Source: a virus (Duplodnaviria; Caudoviricetes). From it: a stretch of 36,904 bases of DNA. The notes under the pieces are model-generated. The model was given only the letters and a program-made list of their open reading frames with translations. It had not been told where the DNA came from and ran no database searches. A program made the translations under genes and the position numbers. The first letter of the stretch is position 1. Every line of letters begins with the position of its first letter. Below, in pieces: positions 25,047 through 34,509 of the stretch. Where the stretch lies: positions 1-36,904 of IMG/VR virus record IMGVR_UViG_3300042347_000200; one strand, given 5' to 3'.

Positions 25047-26203
25047 TATTTGTACTTCTCCAAAGCGGCATCAACAGCAGAACCAGTAGGCTTCCCGCCA
25101 CTAATAGGCGCACCACCTTCTTGAGCAGCAGACTGGTCGACGGCCTTCTTCCAGTTGCCGTAGTGCATTTTCACTTGATTTAGGCCATTGCGGAGTTTTG
25201 CTTGGCTCTGACCTTTCTTCAGCGATGCAATTGTTGCCTGAAGCATCTCAAGTTCTCTCACAGCAACCTGCCCCAACGCGCCGCCAGTAGGCGAAGCCTG
25301 CCGCATCGCTTGCAATTCATTGAATCCGAGATTTGCCTTGATGGTATCCAAAGTCGCATCCAGATCGTAAGCTTTAGTTCCAGGAATCATCCCAAGAACT
25401 TCACCAGTCAGTCCGGTAGAGAAGAATCCAGTCTCTTTCAGCGCCTCGTCAACCTTCTGAATTACGAGCTTCGATTTCATCTCAGTTGTATCTGAGATAG
25501 CCTTGTTTTTGGCCGTCATGTCTTTCGGCCCACCTGGAATTGGCTCCAAATTACCATCAGCGGTGTAACGGTATCCGGCAGGCGGCTTACCAAGCCCACT
25601 AGCGCCCTGTTGTTTTGATTGAGCAAGCGCAAGCATTGCCTGTCGGTTCTCAATCATTGCATTACGGTACTGGCTCAAATCTTCGCCACGTTGTTTTGCA
25701 ATGGCTGCTTGGCTTTCTATCTCTTTTTCGCGCAATCTCAAGCGTTCCATTGCCTCTGTTTTCTTCAGATCAAACGCCTCAGTCTCTTGGAACTCCTGCT
25801 TTCTCTCGCCAAGAGCTTGTTTGCGAGAAGCCATAAGCATCTCTTGCTCCTTTGCCTCCTGTTGCTTTGCCAACATAATCAACTTCATCGCCGTCTGCTG
25901 ATCGCCAGCTTGTGCGAATTGTGCCGCCTTCGCTTTCAGTCCAGCCGAAGTCGTCAGGTCGCCGCCCGTCGACATTACGCTCTCACGCAACTTGGCTTGT
26001 TCGGCAGCGGGATTAACATAGCCCATGCCCTCGGCAGCAACTCCGCCCAACATGCCGCCTCCACGAAACATCTGTCCAGCCGCACGCTGAAACGGGTCTT
26101 GCGAAGCGTATTTGTCAGCCGCTACACCAAGATTCGCATTCTGCTGCTGCTGTATCTGCCACGGTTGCGGCCCGAATAGACTTTCTACGATATTGTCAGC
26201 CAT
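25046..26203 (-). CDS. Putative internal virion/DNA ejection protein (385 aa)
   Basis: Coiled coil; PPAGY..LEPIPGGP and GGALGQVAVREL; TAATG coupling. Confidence 0.6.
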   Translation of the reverse strand: MADNIVESLFGPQPWQIQQQQNANLGVAADKYASQDPFQRAAGQMFRGGGMLGGVAAEGMGYVNPAAEQAKLRESVMSTGGDLTTSAGLKAKAAQFAQAGDQQTAMKLIMLAKQQEAKEQEMLMASRKQALGERKQEFQETEAFDLKKTEAMERLRLREKEIESQAAIAKQRGEDLSQYRNAMIENRQAMLALAQSKQQGASGLGKPPAGYRYTADGNLEPIPGGPKDMTAKNKAISDTTEMKSKLVIQKVDEALKETGFFSTGLTGEVLGMIPGTKAYDLDATLDTIKANLGFNELQAMRQASPTGGALGQVAVRELEMLQATIASLKKGQSQAKLRNGLNQVKMHYGNWKKAVDQSAAQEGGAPISGGKPTGSAVDAALEKYK

Positions 26204-28125
26204 TACAGCGGCCTCCCGGTGAATGGATCAAACTTGTACTGCTGATTGACAGCAGGATTCGTGTAATTCGCTACGGCATTCCCCGCCCCACTCAGCATCG
26301 CACCCCACGGACTGTACGCATTCGCCGGCTGCATCGTTTGCGCCGCACTGTTCATGCCCTGCGCCAATAGTCCTCCGGCTGCCGCATTCGACGTTTGACG
26401 GCCTAAATCCATGCCCATAGTCAAAGCCTGTTGCCCAAGTCCTTCAAGCGTCTGAGCACCTCCTAGAGCCGTCTTGTACGGATCGTATGCGGCGGTTTGT
26501 CCTGCATACATTCCCTTCGTCAGATCGCCACCAGTGCCGACCATTCCCGCGCCGAACTTCGCGTAATCCATGCCACCCTGTGTCGCCTGTGCAGCCAAGC
26601 CCAAATCCTGTTGGCGTTGTGCGTTCATCAGTGCTTCCAAGCGAGGATTAGCCGCACCCATCATTCCGGTTGCGCCGGTAGCCAAGCCATACGTCCCACG
26701 GTTGAACTCGCCGGAGAGCATCTGCGACATATCGCGGTCGCGTCCGGTAGCAAGCAATGCCTGCTGATCCCGCATGTACTTCATCGCCTGCGCTTGCGGG
26801 TCTTGGGCAAGGTACTGGTTGCCTAGCGACATGGCGCGTTGTCCAGCATCGCCCATCGGAGCGAAGGCGGCAGGAGCGTTCTGATACTGACTGAGCATCT
26901 GACCAGACTGAGCCATCAGTGCATCTTGTTGCGCCTTGACATCAGGAGTCAGGTTATATCCTGCACCTATTACGTTGCCGTTCGCGTCCTTGGTGAAGTC
27001 GGATTGCCCGAATCTCGTTGTAACGCCGATTGGTTTGAACTTAGCAGCATCGGCGGCGATTTTCGCTGCTTCGATTTGTGCAGCAGCGGCTTTCGATGCG
27101 GCGTCTTGCGCTGCATTTCCAGACAAGTATCCGCCAACGGCACTTAGCCCCCCGGAAAGTAGGCCGGAGGAATTCAGGGCTTTCAGGGTTTGATTTGCGG
27201 TTCCGAGTGGGTTATCTGCGGCTTGTTGGAGAAGTTGTTGATACCACGGAGTAGATGCAAGTCCAGCGCCAGCAGATAGGTTCAACGGAACCTGCGTAAG
27301 CGATTGCTCAAGCCCAGGAATGCTCGACATTTGCCCAGAGTAGTTTGTGAAGTCAGGATATAGACTTGAAAGATCAAGCGACGATCCTCCGCTAGTTCCA
27401 GCCCCGCTACCGTAGTCAGTAAGTTCGTTCCACCAATCAGTTCCTTCAAGCATACCGCCCCCTGCATTCGATAACGCTGCCGCTCCTCCCAATGCGCCAG
27501 CAGTCCCTGATAAAGCCGTTCCGTAGCCGACATTCATTCCCAATGAACTTAGTTGTCCTGCGCTCATTCCAGAACCTAGCATTCCAGAGCCAGCCCCCAC
27601 TTCTGCACCCCACAATCCAGCACCAGCAGGGCCAAGCAGATAGCCACCACCGGCAATCAGGGCTGCCATCATTAATGGATTGCTGAATAACCCGCCATCG
27701 TCATCACGCGCTGACTGTTGCGCCGGTGACTGATCGTAGTTGAATTGCTGTCCTGCGGAAACGTCTGCTGGAGACAGGTAATTTGCAAATCCAGACTGAA
27801 GCAAGTATCCGGCTTGTTGTGGGTCGAAAACATTGTCAAAAAGATTCTGCGCTCCCCATCTGTACCCTTGCCCAAACGAATCCAGACCTCCCATGCCAGC
27901 GGCAATGAATGCTCTCTGCTCGTTGTTCAGATACGAAGGATTGGCGTTGTAGAGGGCGATTACCTTCTCTACTTGAGGGTCAGAGACAGCCCTAGCAACA
28001 TACGAGGCAGACTCTCCGTGTTCTGGAGCGCCCACGTTTTTCATTGATCCGTCCGGTTGCTTCACATAGACAGGTTGCCCCGCCCCGCCCCCCCACTCGA
28101 TCAATCCATTAGCGTATGTTGCCAT
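26203..28125 (-). CDS. Putative DNA transfer/pilot protein (640 aa)
   Basis: G/A/Q/M-rich with GG-hydrophobic segments, as in podoviral ejection proteins. Confidence 0.6.
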   Translation of the reverse strand: MATYANGLIEWGGGAGQPVYVKQPDGSMKNVGAPEHGESASYVARAVSDPQVEKVIALYNANPSYLNNEQRAFIAAGMGGLDSFGQGYRWGAQNLFDNVFDPQQAGYLLQSGFANYLSPADVSAGQQFNYDQSPAQQSARDDDGGLFSNPLMMAALIAGGGYLLGPAGAGLWGAEVGAGSGMLGSGMSAGQLSSLGMNVGYGTALSGTAGALGGAAALSNAGGGMLEGTDWWNELTDYGSGAGTSGGSSLDLSSLYPDFTNYSGQMSSIPGLEQSLTQVPLNLSAGAGLASTPWYQQLLQQAADNPLGTANQTLKALNSSGLLSGGLSAVGGYLSGNAAQDAASKAAAAQIEAAKIAADAAKFKPIGVTTRFGQSDFTKDANGNVIGAGYNLTPDVKAQQDALMAQSGQMLSQYQNAPAAFAPMGDAGQRAMSLGNQYLAQDPQAQAMKYMRDQQALLATGRDRDMSQMLSGEFNRGTYGLATGATGMMGAANPRLEALMNAQRQQDLGLAAQATQGGMDYAKFGAGMVGTGGDLTKGMYAGQTAAYDPYKTALGGAQTLEGLGQQALTMGMDLGRQTSNAAAGGLLAQGMNSAAQTMQPANAYSPWGAMLSGAGNAVANYTNPAVNQQYKFDPFTGRPL

Positions 28126-28126
28126 A

Positions 28127-28339
28127 TCAAATCTCCATCACTTCTTCTTTGCGCGGCCTTCCTCGCTTCGGTTTCAGCACTTCTTGCGCTTCGGCGGCTT
28201 GCGTGACTTTGACGGCTTCATCGGCATGGGCTTCATTTCCTACCTCCTCGTAACCTTCGTGAGTACGCATGTGGCGAATGTCGTCCTCGCTTGAGAACGC
28301 TACAAAGTTGCCACTGCGCTTGCAACGGAATTTAACCAC
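28127..28339 (-). CDS. Hypothetical protein with AT-hook-like KRGRPRK
   Basis: GTG start overlaps the upstream stop; start uncertain. Confidence 0.6.
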   Translation of the reverse strand: MVKFRCKRSGNFVAFSSEDDIRHMRTHEGYEEVGNEAHADEAVKVTQAAEAQEVLKPKRGRPRKEEVMEI

Positions 28340-28964
28340 CCTGCACCACCGCAGCACTCAGTACCGCCGACGCCGACGCTGAAACAAGCAGTCGAATACA
28401 CGCAACAGGGGCCGAATATGTTGCTTCGGATGACGCAGACTTTGCGCCTGCAGAGTTGTCGAACCAGAGCGACGGATGCGAACTGCGACCGTCTTGGTAG
28501 GAATGCTGAACCTTGTAGGTAACAGTTCCGCTAACCAATGTCACACCAATTCCAATGGCGATTGGCGAAGTATCCAGATTCGGGTTGATGGTGTTCGATA
28601 CTGAGTCTATCAGGTTGCCGACAACGATTGTCGTGGCTACTGCAGCAGATGCCGTAATCGCAGTGATCGTCTTGAAATACTTGGTTGTATTCGAGTTGCC
28701 AGCATTCGTACCCGCAACCGTTTCCGATTGCGCCCGACCGTTTGAGTCGGTTCCGGTAAAGGTGAATGTGATACCTGCATCGTTTCCGCCTGAAGTCAGT
28801 CGGACAAGATGCGCTCCGTTGAGAGTAATCGTTGCAACACCCGCCGTTGCGAATGCTCCGTTAATTAGGATTGCCCCTGCCCCCGGAGATTGCGAAGCGC
28901 AGACACCATCGGCATCTACCGCAGTAGGACTAAGCAAGAGTGGGCCGAATGAGTTTACATCCAT
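28332..28964 (-). CDS. Virion structural protein (A/T/G/S-rich)
   Basis: GGAG RBS; composition and position after the capsid genes. Confidence 0.6.
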   Translation of the reverse strand: MDVNSFGPLLLSPTAVDADGVCASQSPGAGAILINGAFATAGVATITLNGAHLVRLTSGGNDAGITFTFTGTDSNGRAQSETVAGTNAGNSNTTKYFKTITAITASAAVATTIVVGNLIDSVSNTINPNLDTSPIAIGIGVTLVSGTVTYKVQHSYQDGRSSHPSLWFDNSAGAKSASSEATYSAPVACIRLLVSASASAVLSAAVVQGG

Positions 28965-28980
28965 GTCTGTTCTCCAATGC

Positions 28981-29003
28981 AAGAACCCCCTCCGAAGAGG
29001 GGG
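28981..29003 (-). terminator. Intrinsic terminator
   Basis: CCCCCTC-TTCG-GAGGGGG-TTCTT on - strand. Confidence 0.75.
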
Positions 29004-29009
29004 CTGTTA

Positions 29010-29363
29010 TTACCAGGCCGGACGCCCGACGAGAATCTTGATTGTCGCACCGTTCAAGGCATCAGCCGCGAACTCCGCAACGTCAGCATGGATGGTGAAA
29101 AGAACCGTGTTTGCAGAGCCAACAGACGCTCCTATAACAGCACCATCACCACCAGCGTCAAAGTAATCGACAGTGAGACTCGTGCCGATAACCATGTCAC
29201 CGAGAGCAACGCCAGGAACAGTCATGTTGACCGACAGGGTGTCACCGATAGCAACTGCGTCCTGATCTGAAATGGTTCCGGTAACAGCCCACATCTCACT
29301 GAATGCGCCTTGGAACTGCTTGTTTCCCTGTTCAACACGATCAACCGTGATTGTATTCGCCAT
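29010..29363 (-). CDS. Putative capsid decoration/minor head protein
   Basis: AAGGAG RBS; VPGVALGD; directly after the major capsid gene. Confidence 0.6.
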   Translation of the reverse strand: MANTITVDRVEQGNKQFQGAFSEMWAVTGTISDQDAVAIGDTLSVNMTVPGVALGDMVIGTSLTVDYFDAGGDGAVIGASVGSANTVLFTIHADVAEFAADALNGATIKILVGRPAW

Positions 29364-29387
29364 GATGAATCTCCTTTCAAGTTAAGT

Positions 29388-29409
29388 GGGGGAAGCCGAA
29401 GCCTCCCCC
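29388..29409 (-). terminator. UUCG hairpin after the capsid gene (weak terminator or mRNA stabiliser)
   Basis: GGGGGAGGC-TTCG-GCTTCCCCC on - strand; poor U-tract. Confidence 0.55.
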
Positions 29410-29416
29410 GGATTCA

Positions 29417-30445
29417 TCAGGCCGGAACGATCAGAGCCACGCCAGCATATCCGCGAAGGTTCTTCACGCCATACACCGTGTCAGCCGTCACCAGAGTCGA
29501 GAGGTACTCTTGCTTGTACTGAGCCTGAGTGCGAACCGACTGCTGCTCAACAAGGACGTTGGCTTCCTTGTGGAACAACGAACAGACGCGGTACTTGGTA
29601 GCCGAGTGACCAGTGAAGTCATACGACAGGCCGAACGCATCAGTTCCGGTGGTAGCCGAAGCAGTTCCAGAGAACAGGGTAGCCGTGGCATCGTCGGTTG
29701 CTTCGCAATGCAGCCACGGGCAGTTGGACGATTGGAAAATCTCCACGCCGTACAGGTTGCCGAGGCGACCAGTGCGGATCGTATCGCCGGAACCCACGAA
29801 GGCTTGCTCAGTGAAGCGCGGGATGCCACGCAGCACTTTGGCTTCGACCGGGGGGATAACCAGACTCAATTCGCTGGAATTCACATCGCTGTCTTCCAGC
29901 AACTGAATCGCGGTACGCAGACCAACATCGGTAATTGCAGTGCCGTTGCCGTCGCCGGAACCGTCGAATGCCGTCGATCCGTCACCACCGATCTTGGCGG
30001 TTTCCCACGCATTCGTCAGGGAGACAGTGCCGTTACCGGACTGCCAGTAGTGACCCAACAGCATCAGGTCTTGGTCAACCTGCTTCGCCAGAGCGTAGCC
30101 GCCGTCATCGGTGTAGAACTGACGCATGGAAGCGTGAGCCTGCATCTCGGCAATATCCTCGTAGAAGCGCGAGTATTCGTAGTGCTTGTTGATGAGAACC
30201 TGAATTTCCGAGTTGCTGTCGGCAACAACGGTAACGAGGGTAGCAGCAGCCTTAGCCGATGCAGAGCCACGGGCCGGAACGGGCATGTGGATGGTGTCAC
30301 CCTTCTTGCCCTTGAAGTTCATGCGGCGGGTGAGGTTGGCGACGACCAGTTTCGCCTTGTATGCGGCAACAACTTCGTCGGACCATTGTTCCGGTACGAA
30401 GTAGCCGGCGGTCGATACGGTGGTAATACCAGTGGGGTAAGCCAT
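29417..30445 (-). CDS. Major capsid protein
   Basis: FVPEQWS, GKKGDTIHMP, YALAKQVD, GRLGNLYGV and DTVYGVK; AGGAG RBS; follows the scaffold gene. Confidence 0.9.
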   Translation of the reverse strand: MAYPTGITTVSTAGYFVPEQWSDEVVAAYKAKLVVANLTRRMNFKGKKGDTIHMPVPARGSASAKAAATLVTVVADSNSEIQVLINKHYEYSRFYEDIAEMQAHASMRQFYTDDGGYALAKQVDQDLMLLGHYWQSGNGTVSLTNAWETAKIGGDGSTAFDGSGDGNGTAITDVGLRTAIQLLEDSDVNSSELSLVIPPVEAKVLRGIPRFTEQAFVGSGDTIRTGRLGNLYGVEIFQSSNCPWLHCEATDDATATLFSGTASATTGTDAFGLSYDFTGHSATKYRVCSLFHKEANVLVEQQSVRTQAQYKQEYLSTLVTADTVYGVKNLRGYAGVALIVPA

Positions 30446-30489
30446 GAAAGTCTCCTAAAATGTCAGGTTAGACCCCACCGAAGCGAGTG

Positions 30490-31290
30490 TTACTTTACTC
30501 GCCCCTCTCGATACGCTGCGTCAATCTCATTCTGCATCGCGTCGAACTTGGAAGGGTCACGAAGTTTCAATCTAATCAGATCAGACCTTCGGTAAACCTT
30601 CTTTGAACTCTCGCCAGAACCTCCGGTATCAACTGCGGCAGACTGTAGCGTTTTGGCGCGGGAGGCTTTTTCCTCATCCGGCACAGAAACATCCGGCTTT
30701 GCAGCCTTAATCTGTCGCAACTGCTTGAAGGTACTTAACAACTCGTCTGCTGCATCGACATCGTAGCCTTCAGCTTCCTTGAACAGTTTGACCCGTACCT
30801 TGGATTCGCCGACCCACTTCGCAAACTCTGCGTCCTGGACGACTTGCCCGAAATCGGGATGCAACTGCGCCAACTTCTGCTGTGCCTGCGCCCGTTGTGC
30901 GGCTAGAGCATACTGCTCGGCCTGTAGCACACGCGGATTCGACTCGATCTGCCTACGAATTGCTTCTTGCGGGTTCTCGAAGAAATCTACCTCTTTGGGC
31001 TGCTCTTCTTGTTCCTTTGGCTTAATTTGTGCCTTGATTAGCTCATCGGCAAGTCTCCGAAGTTCGCCAGCTTCATTCGCGTACCGGCCAAGATTCGACT
31101 TGTCCTTTTCCGCGAGTTCGATAATCTCCTTTACAGTTTTCCCGCGATACCGCTCCGGGAATTCCTGAGAGACTATGCTTTCCGGCTTTACTTCGTTACT
31201 TTCCGCGCTCTGGGCCTCGATTTCCGCAGCCACAGTTTCAAGTTCACCGACGTCCTGTTCGACGTCTTGGATTTCAGCCATTTGTGCCAC
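30490..31290 (-). CDS. Capsid scaffolding protein
   Basis: Acidic helical protein; PERYRGK, EAGELRR and C-terminal AYREGRVK; between portal and capsid. Confidence 0.8.
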   Translation of the reverse strand: MAQMAEIQDVEQDVGELETVAAEIEAQSAESNEVKPESIVSQEFPERYRGKTVKEIIELAEKDKSNLGRYANEAGELRRLADELIKAQIKPKEQEEQPKEVDFFENPQEAIRRQIESNPRVLQAEQYALAAQRAQAQQKLAQLHPDFGQVVQDAEFAKWVGESKVRVKLFKEAEGYDVDAADELLSTFKQLRQIKAAKPDVSVPDEEKASRAKTLQSAAVDTGGSGESSKKVYRRSDLIRLKLRDPSKFDAMQNEIDAAYREGRVK

Positions 31291-31319
31291 TCCCTAAGTA
31301 GAAGCTACGATTTGAATGC

Positions 31320-31348
31320 TTTATAACGGATACTTACTAACCTGTCAA
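31320..31348 (-). promoter_or_regulatory. Sigma70-type promoter upstream of scaffold/capsid
   Basis: TTGACA, 17 bp, TATAAA on - strand. Confidence 0.65.
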
Positions 31349-31585
31349 CTATTCACCCCTTGATTCTTTCCGGGCGTTCTTTTCACGGGCATTGGCCTCT
31401 CGTATCGAAGCCCAACGGTCATAGGCTCCGGGAAACCCAGGATCAGTGCCGTCCAGAGCGATTCTCGGCATCCCGATAATCTTGTTCATCGTCCCGCCAC
31501 ACGCGCATGGGGCGCTATCCTCTGCAATGTACCGCTCCGCCGTCCTGCCACAGGCAGCGCACCGCATGTCAATCAGTTGTCTCAA
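31349..31585 (-). CDS. Small Zn-ribbon protein (FmdB-like)
   Basis: CAACG...CACGG; TTG start behind GAGGAG RBS. Confidence 0.7.
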   Translation of the reverse strand: MRQLIDMRCAACGRTAERYIAEDSAPCACGGTMNKIIGMPRIALDGTDPGFPGAYDRWASIREANAREKNARKESRGE

Positions 31586-31811
31586 GTTTCTTCTCCTCAT
31601 AGACCTGTTCGCTCACCGACTGCAAACTTAGTAACCACCGCATGATACTGATTTCCCCGCGCCGGAAGTGAAGCGTCTTTTCGTCCTGTACCGATGAAAG
31701 GTCGTTTGTCGCGGCAAGCATCTGCTCTACATCAAACATTAAATCCTTCCACGCTTCCTCTCCCATCATGCTCAGTCGTTGCTCATAGTAGCGTTGCAGT
31801 TCTGGCGTCAT
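31569..31811 (-). CDS. Small head-module protein (80 aa, MTPELQRYYE...)
   Basis: GGAG RBS; position directly after the portal gene. Confidence 0.7.
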   Translation of the reverse strand: MTPELQRYYEQRLSMMGEEAWKDLMFDVEQMLAATNDLSSVQDEKTLHFRRGEISIMRWLLSLQSVSEQVYEEKKLETTD

Positions 31812-31836
31812 CACAACTCTTCTCCCCAACGAATAA

Positions 31837-33861
31837 CTACATCGCTTGATCCACGTATTCCTTGTCCTTCATGTTCTTTTCACGAGTCACCATCATCTGC
31901 ATCTTGGCGATGTTCTCGTTGCTCATAATGTCCTTTTCGGCGATCATCAATTCGGCGATCTTTGCCCTTCGCTCGAAGTCCTTACCCTCTTGGTCATCGT
32001 CAAGATTGTTGCTCAACGCCGAAATCATCTTCGCTTTTGCTTCTTCTGGAGCGAGTTGCGCTTCAACCGTGGTCTTCTGCGCTTCGGCCTGCAACTTCTG
32101 CACTTCAGCCTGTTTCTTCGCCATCTCAAGCTGCACACCCTGCTGCGCCATCTGCTGCTGCTGCGGATCAGGTTGCGATTGCTTCGCCATCTGTTCAAGC
32201 ATCTGCTCACGGTTGTTCAGCGAGGAATTCCTGATTATTCCCTGCATCAGGATCGGCGTCAGTGGCGATTGCGCCCCAAGAGTCTGAATCAGGAATGCCA
32301 ACTGCTTCTGCTCGTACTCACGGGCAATGATGCCAAGAGTCGCAGTCGGGATGAACTTCACATCAGCACTCGGATACCGCTCCGGTGCGAACTGCATGTA
32401 TCGCCACGCGGCCTTGCAGATGAACGGGATCAGGAAGTCCTCCTGGAAATTCACCAGAGTACGCTTGTACTTCTTAATCATGGTCGCCGTCGCCATGTCC
32501 ATGTTCGTATCACGCGCAACCTGCGATACCGATCCATTGGAATCAATCGTCGCCGTCGCCATCAGCAACATGCGCTCGAATTCCTTACTGGTGGTCATCG
32601 CCGCACCGTCGTTTGTACCGAAATGGAACGGCAACAGGATTTCATTCGGGTTTCCGTTGGTCATCACGCCCTTTCCGGGCTTGACCTCGAACTTCGCGCC
32701 TCGCGGCCAGCGGGTAGCGTCAATCGCTACCATCGGAGCAACCGTCAGGGCCAGTGCGTCCATGTGTGAGCGCATCGAACCATCGACTGCGGCCTGCATA
32801 TTGGATGCTTTTTCGGCAGTTCCGCGCCCCAACAGGCGATTTGGCACTGTATCCGCCTGATAGCAGATAACCGGCCTGTCCTTCATCATGTAGGGGGATT
32901 CTTCGGCTTTCAGCAGTGTTCCGTCATTGGCGATGATGATGATCGCCTCAACCATGTCGGAATAGTCTTCTATGGACTCAGAAACGCCTTCAATTTCAGC
33001 AAATTCCTCTTTCGACAGGTACTCACGCGGCACAAGACCGTAGTAGGTCAGCAGTTTTACCTTGTCGTCCTCGAAATTCCTCGCTTCGGTCGTCGCCTCG
33101 ATGTCGTCAGAGTCGTACATCGCTCCAATATCGACGTTCAGGTACTTTCCAGACGCAATTCCCTGTGCAATCTTGTGGATCGAGACATATCGCTCAATCG
33201 CCACGCCCATACAGTCGTCAATCGACGTTCCATTCGGGTCAAACAGGAAATTTCTCGGATTTACCGGGGCCAATTTGACGGAAATCCGGTCTTTTTCACC
33301 AACCCCATACGCAGCAGTCTGCGCGTCAATCGGAACCTGCATGGGTTTGTACTGTTTTTCGCTGCCGACAGTGATTTCGGCGATGCCCGTCCCGTAAATC
33401 TCGCCCATCAGCGTGATTTGGTCGATACTTTTGCGGATTTTGTCCTGCGCGAAGTCCTCGTACAGCTTCGCTTTCATCACCTCAACATCGACGCTACCGG
33501 ATTTGTCCTCAATATCGTCCTTGATGTCGAAAAACTCGCCCTGGCCGAAGATCGCTTCCATTATCTCGGCATGGCGTGTCTCGATGGCCTGCTGTGTTGC
33601 CGGTGAGATTACCCGACTGCGTTCGGATTCCCTTGCTTTGTCGCTGGCGTCCCACACTCCGCGCCAGATGCGCTCGTATTTGTCCCACAGGTCTTGGTAA
33701 TTTTGATCCCTATATTCCCGCCACCTCTCGCAGTGGTCGCTGACAAAGGCCGTAAGCTCCTTGTCGTTCTCGGTAGGCTCGTAATAAATGGTCGCCGGTT
33801 CTTCAGTCGTGTCATCCACGACATGCCCTGTGTTCTCGAAATTCACTTTGTCGGCGTCCAT
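31837..33861 (-). CDS. Portal protein
   Basis: 674 aa between terL and scaffold; IYGTGI and NFLFDP; Q-rich C-terminal coiled coil; AAGGAG RBS. Confidence 0.88.
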   Translation of the reverse strand: MDADKVNFENTGHVVDDTTEEPATIYYEPTENDKELTAFVSDHCERWREYRDQNYQDLWDKYERIWRGVWDASDKARESERSRVISPATQQAIETRHAEIMEAIFGQGEFFDIKDDIEDKSGSVDVEVMKAKLYEDFAQDKIRKSIDQITLMGEIYGTGIAEITVGSEKQYKPMQVPIDAQTAAYGVGEKDRISVKLAPVNPRNFLFDPNGTSIDDCMGVAIERYVSIHKIAQGIASGKYLNVDIGAMYDSDDIEATTEARNFEDDKVKLLTYYGLVPREYLSKEEFAEIEGVSESIEDYSDMVEAIIIIANDGTLLKAEESPYMMKDRPVICYQADTVPNRLLGRGTAEKASNMQAAVDGSMRSHMDALALTVAPMVAIDATRWPRGAKFEVKPGKGVMTNGNPNEILLPFHFGTNDGAAMTTSKEFERMLLMATATIDSNGSVSQVARDTNMDMATATMIKKYKRTLVNFQEDFLIPFICKAAWRYMQFAPERYPSADVKFIPTATLGIIAREYEQKQLAFLIQTLGAQSPLTPILMQGIIRNSSLNNREQMLEQMAKQSQPDPQQQQMAQQGVQLEMAKKQAEVQKLQAEAQKTTVEAQLAPEEAKAKMISALSNNLDDDQEGKDFERRAKIAELMIAEKDIMSNENIAKMQMMVTREKNMKDKEYVDQAM

Positions 33862-33900
33862 CTTTACTCCTTGACTGCGGTAAGAACCTATCCGGTTAGC

Positions 33901-33929
33901 AACTTACTACATTGCCATCTTCCTGTCAA
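33901..33929 (-). promoter_or_regulatory. Sigma70-type promoter upstream of portal
   Basis: TTGACA, 17 bp, TAAGTT on - strand. Confidence 0.5.
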
Positions 33930-34026
33930 TATTGTAGAATATCCACATCGGGACAGGGCCGGCCAGCCTTTCCACTGCCACTTCAGCGGATTACCGATAC
34001 CATCCTTTTACCATGTGGGGTATCCA

Positions 34027-34509
34027 GTGATTACACAATCCAGGCTCAAAGAGCTTCTTCACTACAACGAAGAAACAGGCGTTTTTACGCGTAAAACCAC
34101 AAGAGGCCCGAAAGCAATAAAAGGGCAAATTGCAGGGTCTGAGAATAGTTTTGGATACATGACAATAGGTATAGATGGTAAATATTACAAATCACATAGG
34201 CTTGCTTGGCTCTATGTTCATGGCGAGTTCCCATCTAACGACATTGACCACATAAACGGCATCAGGTCCGAAAACATGATCCGCAATCTTAGGGTTGTGA
34301 CAGTTGGCGAAAATATGCAGAACCAAAAAGGCCCAAGGAGTAACAATAAAACTGGGGTTTTAGGTGTTTGTGAGCATAGTGGAAGATATGTTGCTCAAAT
34401 ACAGGTCAATAAAAAGCATATCCATATCGGAATGTACTCTACTGCGGAAGAAGCTCACGAAGCATACTTGGCAGAGAAACGTAAAATTCATCCGGCCTGC
34501 ACTATCTAA
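34027..34509 (+). CDS. HNH endonuclease with C-terminal AP2-like domain (free-standing homing endonuclease)
   Basis: LKELLHYNEETG, HRLAWLY, IDHING..N...NLR, TGVLGV and TAEEAHEAY; visibly AT-richer than its flanks. Confidence 0.9.
   Translation: MITQSRLKELLHYNEETGVFTRKTTRGPKAIKGQIAGSENSFGYMTIGIDGKYYKSHRLAWLYVHGEFPSNDIDHINGIRSENMIRNLRVVTVGENMQNQKGPRSNNKTGVLGVCEHSGRYVAQIQVNKKHIHIGMYSTAEEAHEAYLAEKRKIHPACTI

Noticed and set aside
20220-33700. Long + strand ORFs opposite structural genes (e.g. 28555-29166, 29510-30595, 31846-32769)
   Set aside because: Antisense shadows of well-supported genes, with no motifs of their own.
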